A program made the translations under genes and the position numbers. From Synergistales bacterium (GTDB lineage Bacteria; Synergistota; Synergistia; Synergistales; JAFGMB01): DNA of 64,000 bases. Below are positions 57,895 through 64,000 of this stretch, in pieces; the stretch's first letter is position 1; each line of letters opens with the position of its first letter. The DNA lies in the NCBI GenBank assembly GCA_963666205.1, contig OY762654.1:32001-96000 (forward strand), written 5' to 3'. Under the pieces are notes generated by a model. That model was given only the letters and a program-made list of their open reading frames with translations, was not told where the DNA came from and searched no databases.

Positions 57895-58917
57895 CTATTT
57901 ACCTTTCTTGATCTGTTTTATTGCGTTCAGATGTTTATTATAGTTAGTTGAAAAGATATGTTGACCGTCTTTCCCTGCAACATAATACAGATAGTTGTTT
58001 TTCTCCGGATTCAGTGAAGCCTTCCATGAAGAAAAGGAGGGTATGCATATTGGGTCGGGAGGAAGGCCCTTGTGTTTATAGGTATTGAATGGAGAGTCGA
58101 TTTCAAGGTCTTTAAAAAGAACTCTTTTCAGAACTGTTCCTGTCTGTTTCCATGCATAAATTACAGTCGCATCGATTTGTAAGGGCATGCCTCTATCCAG
58201 TCTGTTATAGATTACACCGGAAATTACTGGACGTTCTTTATCGATTCTTGCTTCTTTTTCAATCAAAGATGCTATTATACATAACTTCAACAATGTATTA
58301 CTGGAGTTATCAGAAGGTTTCAATAAAGTTCCGACTTTATCCCACCACATTGAAGATGCTTGTCTTATGATATATTCGGGATCTTCTGCAGGCAAAATAT
58401 AGGTTTCAGGTAAAAGGAAAGTTATTCTCCCATCTAGTGTTTCCGGTAGCAATGGGTGAAGTTCTTCCGGGTAATTATCATTGTTCATAATAGCCATGTG
58501 AATTTCTGAGGCTGATACCGAGCCACCAAAGATCCGTTCCAGATCGGACAGTTCTTTTCCTGGAATAATTGTAAATTTGAAATAAGAGGGTTCTGAAACC
58601 AGAAGTTGTCTTGCTAATTCCCATGGAGTTCCCTTTCTAAGTGTATAGGTTCCAGGGATGAGCTTCCGGTCTATGCCAAAGTGTACCATCCATCTGGTTA
58701 ATTCATATGGGTCATCAACAATACCCTGTATTCTGAAGGACCTCGCTATTTCCATTGCGTTTTTATCAGGTTCTATGACGATTTGAACCTCTGGGCCTGA
58801 GCCGGGAGGAAAACAATTATTCCAAAACTGGACAGGTATTGACACGAGGAAAATAAAATATATAACAGCGATTGCAAAATTAAGCAGTTCCAGTATTCTT
58901 CTTAACATTATCGACAC
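57895..58917 (-). CDS. mltG: Endolytic transglycosylase MltG (YceG)
   Basis: N-terminal TM, LLPETY, ASLIEKE (catalytic Glu), NRL..MPLQIDATV, SPFNTY..GLPPDPI, YLYYVA. Confidence 0.95.
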   Translation of the reverse strand: MSIMLRRILELLNFAIAVIYFIFLVSIPVQFWNNCFPPGSGPEVQIVIEPDKNAMEIARSFRIQGIVDDPYELTRWMVHFGIDRKLIPGTYTLRKGTPWELARQLLVSEPSYFKFTIIPGKELSDLERIFGGSVSASEIHMAIMNNDNYPEELHPLLPETLDGRITFLLPETYILPAEDPEYIIRQASSMWWDKVGTLLKPSDNSSNTLLKLCIIASLIEKEARIDKERPVISGVIYNRLDRGMPLQIDATVIYAWKQTGTVLKRVLFKDLEIDSPFNTYKHKGLPPDPICIPSFSSWKASLNPEKNNYLYYVAGKDGQHIFSTNYNKHLNAIKQIKKGK

Positions 58918-58971
58918 TCCATCTGGATATTCTGTAATATCACTTGTCTGTATTCTGGTTCATCCTGTACG

Positions 58972-59009
58972 AAAAAAGAAACCTTGAAAGCGATGCCACC
59001 TTCAAGGTT
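58972..59009 (-). terminator. Intrinsic terminator after hutH
   Basis: AACCTTGAA-N12-TTCAAGGTT stem followed on the minus strand by TCTTTTTT. Confidence 0.7.
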
Positions 59010-59038
59010 GTAACATTGATATAGCCTGAACGAATAAA

Positions 59039-60571
59039 TTAAAAAAGATTTCCAACGACATCCTCTACACTGGAAATAATCTGGGTATTCTCTAGCAGTC
59101 TTATGGCACTCTGAATAAAAGGATGAAGATATTCATCCTTTTCGAGAAAAGGAATGCTTTCCCGGATTTTCCGGTAAGCAGCTTCTGTTCCATCTCCAGC
59201 TCTTAAAGGTTTTGAGAATTCCAGCGCCTGGGATGAAGTAAACAACTCAATAGCGATTACTTTTCTGACATTATTCAATATTAAGGAGGCTTTTCTGGAG
59301 CTAAAAGCTCCCATGGAAACATGATCTTCCTGATTTGCTGAGGTGGGTATTGAGTCCACTGACGATGGATGAGCAAGGACTTTGTTTTCAGACACCAGGG
59401 CTGCGGCCGTGTATTGAGGTATCATAAACCCGCTGTTGAGTCCACTGTTTTTCACCAGAAAGGGAGGAAGGCCTGAGAGTTTACCATCAACGAGTCTGGC
59501 TACCCTTCGCTCTGATATATTTGCAAGTTCCGCGAGGGCTATCCCCATAAAATCCATATTTATAGCTATTGGCTGTCCATGGAAATTCCCGCCACTGATA
59601 GCTTCCATGTCTGAAGGAAAGATAAGAGGATTATCTGTTACTGAATTTATTTCGATCTGGAGTTTTCCTTTTACATAATCCAGTGCATCCCGGCTGGCTC
59701 CGTGAACCTGCGGAATGCATCTTAATGAATATGCATCCTGTACTCTCTGATGCTTAAATTGTTCGATTATTTCACTATTAACGATAAGTTTCCGGATATT
59801 AGAGGCAACCCTTCTTTGCCCGAGATACGGCCGTAATTCATGGGTCCTCTGGTCAAAGGCGTATGGGACTCCATGAAGTGCTTCCAGGGAAAGAGCTCCG
59901 GCAATGTCTGCTGCCTTTGTTAGCTGGATCGCATCAGCAAGAGCGAGGGCACCAACAGCTGTCATGGCAGCTGTTCCATTATTCAAGGCAAGTCCTTCCT
60001 TGGGCCCGAGCGACACAGGCTGAAGTCCCTTCAGTTTCATTGCCTCGAAGGCAGGCATTCTTTTCCCACACAAAGTGACTTCACCCAGACCAAGCAAAGT
60101 GATTCCAAGATGAGAAAGAGGACAGAGGTCTCCACTTGCACCTACTGAACCCTGCTCAGGAATTACTGGATGAATTCCCATGTTCAGAAAGTTAACGATC
60201 TGTGCTACTGGAGCGAGACTGATTCCGGAGAAACCCCGGATCAGGCTATTAACTCTGAGAAGCATTATGGCTCTAACAATATCTTCTGAAAAGGCTGGGC
60301 CAACGCCACAGGCATGGCTTTTGAGAAGGTTTTCCTGTAGGATCTTACTGTTTTCGGGCGATATTACAACTGAAGCAAGGTCTCCAAATCCAGTGTTGAC
60401 TCCGTAAATAACTTTGTCCGATTCTGCCCATTTACGAACTATTCCCGCTCCTCTTTCAATAAAGGTTACAGCTGCAGGATCCAGAGAAACTTCATAGCCA
60501 TTTCTGGCAACGTTGATTACATCCTCAAGAGTGAGGGAATGTCCAGTTAATTCAATCTTTGGTGAAGTCAT
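59039..60571 (-). CDS. hutH: Histidine ammonia-lyase
   Basis: YGVNTGFG, SH specificity pair (LLKSHACG), MIO-forming GASGDL, KEGLAL, QDAYSLRC, NQEDHVSM. RBS GGGAGGT precedes ATG 60571. Confidence 0.95.
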   Translation of the reverse strand: MTSPKIELTGHSLTLEDVINVARNGYEVSLDPAAVTFIERGAGIVRKWAESDKVIYGVNTGFGDLASVVISPENSKILQENLLKSHACGVGPAFSEDIVRAIMLLRVNSLIRGFSGISLAPVAQIVNFLNMGIHPVIPEQGSVGASGDLCPLSHLGITLLGLGEVTLCGKRMPAFEAMKLKGLQPVSLGPKEGLALNNGTAAMTAVGALALADAIQLTKAADIAGALSLEALHGVPYAFDQRTHELRPYLGQRRVASNIRKLIVNSEIIEQFKHQRVQDAYSLRCIPQVHGASRDALDYVKGKLQIEINSVTDNPLIFPSDMEAISGGNFHGQPIAINMDFMGIALAELANISERRVARLVDGKLSGLPPFLVKNSGLNSGFMIPQYTAAALVSENKVLAHPSSVDSIPTSANQEDHVSMGAFSSRKASLILNNVRKVIAIELFTSSQALEFSKPLRAGDGTEAAYRKIRESIPFLEKDEYLHPFIQSAIRLLENTQIISSVEDVVGNLF

Positions 60572-60621
60572 AACAGGGAACCTCCCAAGCATGGAGTACC
60601 TTTATGTTATGTCATAAAGGT

Positions 60622-61641
60622 TTATATTTCAATATAATTATCAGTACCACAATAAGGACATTTCCCGTTAGAATCCGTACGACAGAGGGATACTGAATAC
60701 CCGTTCCTCACTATAATCTCTCGCCCGCATCGTTTGCAGTATGTAACAGATTCCCCAGGAATATTTCCAACATAAACGAAATTAAGTTGACTTCGAGCTA
60801 TTTCTTCAAATTGTTCCATCAGGTTTAATGAAGTAGGTGCTTCATTCCAGAGATAGTTTGGGAAATACCGTGTTAAATGAAGAACTAGATCTTCAGATAT
60901 GGACTTAATCCATCTTACCATGGACTGAAAGGATTTTAGATCGTCGTTTATTCCAGGGACTATCAAATGGGTTATCTCCAGGTGTATTCCCTCCTCCACC
61001 AGAAGAAGAATTGATTCTTTTACAGTTTCCAGATTCCCATTCAGTTTCTTATAGGATTCTCCAGTAAAGGCCTTAAGGTCAATATTTGCAGCATCCAGGT
61101 AAGGTACAAGTAAAGTGAGGGGTTGTTTATTGATCAATCCATTTGATACGATAACAACATTCAGATTTGCATCCTTTATTTTGATGGCTGCATCCATTAG
61201 GAATTCAAAACCGACTAAAGGTTCATTATAAGTGAAGGCAACTGATTCCAGTCCGTGAGTTGTAGCCAGTTCAATGATCTGATCAATATTTCTGGAAAAG
61301 AGGTTCAGATTCTGTTCCCAAGTTGCTATAGGCCAGTTCTGGCAAAATGGACAAGTCATATTACATCCTACACTGCCAAGAGAGAGTATCTTGCTTCCCG
61401 GATGCCAGTGATATAGAGGTTTCTTTTCAACAGGATCAACGGAAATACTGGAAAAATGACCGTAACTCAGACTCAAAAGCCTCTTGCCGGGTACATGTTT
61501 CCTTACCTTACATAATCCTGTCCTACCTTCCGCAATGATGCAATAATGAGGACAAAGTAGACACTGTACATCATTTCCTGAAGAAGACCAGAACAGGGCA
61601 TCTTTTCCGATGTTAAATATATTTTCTGAGGTCGACATCAC
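60622..61641 (-). CDS. amrS: AmmeMemoRadiSam system radical SAM enzyme
   Basis: CLLCPHYC...GLCKVR, DPVEKKPLYH, CNMTCPFCQNW (CxxxCxxC), FTYNEP, NIDLK, VYVGN, C-terminal CxxC pairs. Confidence 0.93.
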   Translation of the reverse strand: MMSTSENIFNIGKDALFWSSSGNDVQCLLCPHYCIIAEGRTGLCKVRKHVPGKRLLSLSYGHFSSISVDPVEKKPLYHWHPGSKILSLGSVGCNMTCPFCQNWPIATWEQNLNLFSRNIDQIIELATTHGLESVAFTYNEPLVGFEFLMDAAIKIKDANLNVVIVSNGLINKQPLTLLVPYLDAANIDLKAFTGESYKKLNGNLETVKESILLLVEEGIHLEITHLIVPGINDDLKSFQSMVRWIKSISEDLVLHLTRYFPNYLWNEAPTSLNLMEQFEEIARSQLNFVYVGNIPGESVTYCKRCGREIIVRNGYSVSLCRTDSNGKCPYCGTDNYIEI

Positions 61642-62966
61642 CTGTACTCCTTTTCAGAGTGACGCTCCACCGTAAAACGGTATATGGTTGAGTCTTTCAG
61701 GTCATGTATACCTGCTTTTGATGCAGCTATCGCGATCTGCTGTTCTATACTGGTAACTCCGTCAAGGTCTGGAAGAAGAACACCCCTGCGGTATTCTTTT
61801 TCAACTATAACCCCAAATTTCCTTACATCAAGATCTTCAATATTCTTAACTTCACAAGGTTCTGATAGAATGTCCACGGATACCAGTAGATCATCAAGTT
61901 CATCCAGGGAAACTGGAGGGAACCTGGGATCTCTGGTAGCAGCAGATATGGAATTTTCAACTATCTCCTCTGCAAGGGACTCCCTTAAGGGTGTTACCGT
62001 TCCTATACAACCTCTAAGTTGTCCTTCCCTGGTTTTAAGGGATACAAAACAGGCGTGGGGCTGCTTCCTCTGTTTTTTTTGCAAAATAATTGATTTAATG
62101 TTATCTTCACCTTTAAGATGGCAAATGATCGCTTGTTTTGCCAATTCTACAAAGGGATTCTTGTCTATGTTCTTTTCACTTCTGGAGTCTTCAGTTCTTG
62201 CAACACAATATCCAACCCCAAAAGGTCCTTCATATGATAGAACTTTAATCGTTTTCCCCGCAGCACATCCCATAAAAACCATTACGGAACGAAGGCCGCA
62301 TTCTCCAGCACCCTCTAGAATGCTTATATCGGCTTGAAGCAGATTTTCGGGTTCATTGGTTTTAAGACTTTCCACAACAAGGTCATCAAATATCTTTCCT
62401 TTTGGGTTAAATCCTGCTGGTGCATCTGATGTCAATCTGTGAGACAGGTCTCCACTTGCTATTAAAGCAAGCGATGCCCCCTTCTTTAGACTATTAAGTA
62501 TTCTACCGGTTTCGAGTGCCATTCGCGGAGTCAGGCCTATAGGATTGGCAATAATAATCTTCGGAAATTCTTTCCAGTATTTGCTAAAGAAGTAGAGAGG
62601 CACAAGGCTGGCATGATCAAGAGCCATGGTTGTATCTCTGTAGAAATGTACATCTATGTTGGCATCAATAAGGCTTTTAGTTATCCAGTCAGACTCATCT
62701 GGGGATCCTTTGAAAGCAAGCTTGACTTCCGGATGACCGAACATGGCAAGGCTCCCTGAATACTTATCTGCAATCAAAAAACATATACCCTTTGAATAAG
62801 CGCTATGGGGACTCAGAAGAAGAATTGTGTCCGGAACATGGTCCTGTAAAGATTGTGCAAGGGTTTCCATTGCTTCAACAGTTCTACTTGCTGATTGTTC
62901 TCTTCCCTGTCCAACTTCCGGGATTATGATAGGAGGGTGAGGGACCAGACATTCCCATTGCAACAA
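61638..62966 (-). CDS. amrA: AmmeMemoRadiSam protein B-A fusion (LigB/Memo-like dioxygenase fold plus AMMECR1 domain)
   Basis: PHPP, SPH, LDHA, ASGDLSH, ECG, YEGPFGVGY; then FVSL, LRGCIGT, DPRF, GVLLPDL. TTG start near 62966 after AAGGA; exact start uncertain. Confidence 0.9.
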   Translation of the reverse strand: MLQWECLVPHPPIIIPEVGQGREQSASRTVEAMETLAQSLQDHVPDTILLLSPHSAYSKGICFLIADKYSGSLAMFGHPEVKLAFKGSPDESDWITKSLIDANIDVHFYRDTTMALDHASLVPLYFFSKYWKEFPKIIIANPIGLTPRMALETGRILNSLKKGASLALIASGDLSHRLTSDAPAGFNPKGKIFDDLVVESLKTNEPENLLQADISILEGAGECGLRSVMVFMGCAAGKTIKVLSYEGPFGVGYCVARTEDSRSEKNIDKNPFVELAKQAIICHLKGEDNIKSIILQKKQRKQPHACFVSLKTREGQLRGCIGTVTPLRESLAEEIVENSISAATRDPRFPPVSLDELDDLLVSVDILSEPCEVKNIEDLDVRKFGVIVEKEYRRGVLLPDLDGVTSIEQQIAIAASKAGIHDLKDSTIYRFTVERHSEKEYR

Positions 62967-63100
62967 AATCAACACATCCTTTCCCTTACCTGATGAAGCA
63001 GATAGAGTAAAAAAGATGTTCATTGAAATAAATATATTATACTTGTAGTATCTCTGAAAAAAAACCTTGGGAATATAGCTTATGTATGAATAGCAGATCC

Positions 63101-64000
63101 TCAAAAAATTATCATAGCATCTCCGAAGGAGAAAAAGCGATATTCTTCATGCACTGCTTCTTTGTATGCATTAATTGTATTATCATAACCCGCAAAAGCA
63201 GCCACAAGCATTAATAATGTACTTCTGGGGAGGTGAAAGTTTGTTACCATAGAATCCACTATCCGGAAAGAATAACCGGGATAGATAAAAAGGTCAGTTT
63301 GCTTTTTCCCAGACTGAAGAACACTTTTATCATCACTAAAACTCTCAAGGGTCCTTACAACAGTGGTCCCAATAGCTATAATTCTCCCCCCCGAGTTTTT
63401 TGTATCATTGACAGCACTACAGGTATCATCAGGTACTTCACATATTTCCCGGTGAATAATATGGTCACGAATGTCCTCCTCTTTAACGGGTCTGAATGTT
63501 CCTAACCCGACATGAAGGGTAACCCATGCTGTCCTGACTCCCCTTGATCTGATCCTTTTCAGAAGTTCTGTTGTAAAATGAAGACTTGCTGTAGGTGCTG
63601 CTGATGATCCGTCTTTTTCAGCAAAGACCGTCTGGTATGATGAAGCGGGTACATCTCTGTTGTGAATATAAGGGGGTAAAGGAACTTCCCCTATCTTGTG
63701 AAGCATTGCAATGACATCGATATTATCAGGGAAACTTATTTTTCTTGTTCCATCTTCCCTGTAGTCTTCAATTTCGACTTCTATTCCATTTGGAAGAAGA
63801 ACAGTATTTCCTGGTTTAAGTCTTCTACCTGGTCTGACAAGAGCTTCCCATGAATTTCCTTTCCCTTGAAAAGGAGATAAGACGAGCAATTCAACATCGG
63901 AGGTTCCTCGTATTTTTTTTCCATGTAATCTCGCTGGTATAACCTTTGTATTATTTAGCACAAGAAGGTCCCCAGGTTTCAGGAAATCGAGTATATCTCT
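63101..64000 (-). CDS. queA: SAM:tRNA ribosyltransferase-isomerase, 5'-truncated by window edge
   Basis: GDLLVLNNTKVIPARL, PLPPYI, YQTVFA, AAPTASLHF, LHVGLGTF, TNFHLP, YRFFSFGDAM; frame open to base 64000. Confidence 0.97.
   Translation of the reverse strand, partial: RDILDFLKPGDLLVLNNTKVIPARLHGKKIRGTSDVELLVLSPFQGKGNSWEALVRPGRRLKPGNTVLLPNGIEVEIEDYREDGTRKISFPDNIDVIAMLHKIGEVPLPPYIHNRDVPASSYQTVFAEKDGSSAAPTASLHFTTELLKRIRSRGVRTAWVTLHVGLGTFRPVKEEDIRDHIIHREICEVPDDTCSAVNDTKNSGGRIIAIGTTVVRTLESFSDDKSVLQSGKKQTDLFIYPGYSFRIVDSMVTNFHLPRSTLLMLVAAFAGYDNTINAYKEAVHEEYRFFSFGDAMIIF

Noticed and set aside
61684-62337. 217-aa plus-strand ORF
   Set aside because: Antisense to the amrB-amrA fusion, with Ser-rich composition typical of a shadow frame.

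Overview
Core-chromosome window from a low-GC anaerobic bacterium. Gene content (L27 N-terminal extension plus Prp, meso-DAP-type MurE, ntp-type V-ATPase, hutH) suggests Synergistota; this is an inference. The + strand (1-38 kb) carries a Na+-type V/A-ATPase operon (I-K-E-C-F-A-B-D), RNase P RNA, the dcw cluster (mraZ to ftsZ), a SPOR-domain protein, a Mo/W-cofactor cluster (moeA, moeA-PBP, moaA, moaC, mogA), rapZ-yvcK-whiA and gap-pgk-tpiA. From 39.8 kb on, nearly all genes are on the - strand: pckA, rsfS, LCP, nadD, obg, rpmA-prp-rplU, recN-nadK-tlyA-dxs-ispA-xseB, thiN, ftsK, tldD, mltG, hutH, the AmmeMemoRadiSam genes and queA. The gene blocks converge on a ~1.8 kb junction. It holds a 28-bp dif-like Xer site (38206-38233), so this is probably the replication terminus. 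Beside it lie a decayed MazE-like antitoxin remnant and an intact Phd/PIN toxin-antitoxin pair whose PIN protein lacks most catalytic acids. Other notable points: rapZ appears to need a non-canonical start (ATT or CTG), MogA has a degenerate MOSC-like extension, and the AmmeMemoRadiSam genes appear co-transcribed with hutH. No CRISPR array, rRNA, tRNA, integrase or transposase was seen. All calls come from motif recognition by eye, without database searches.
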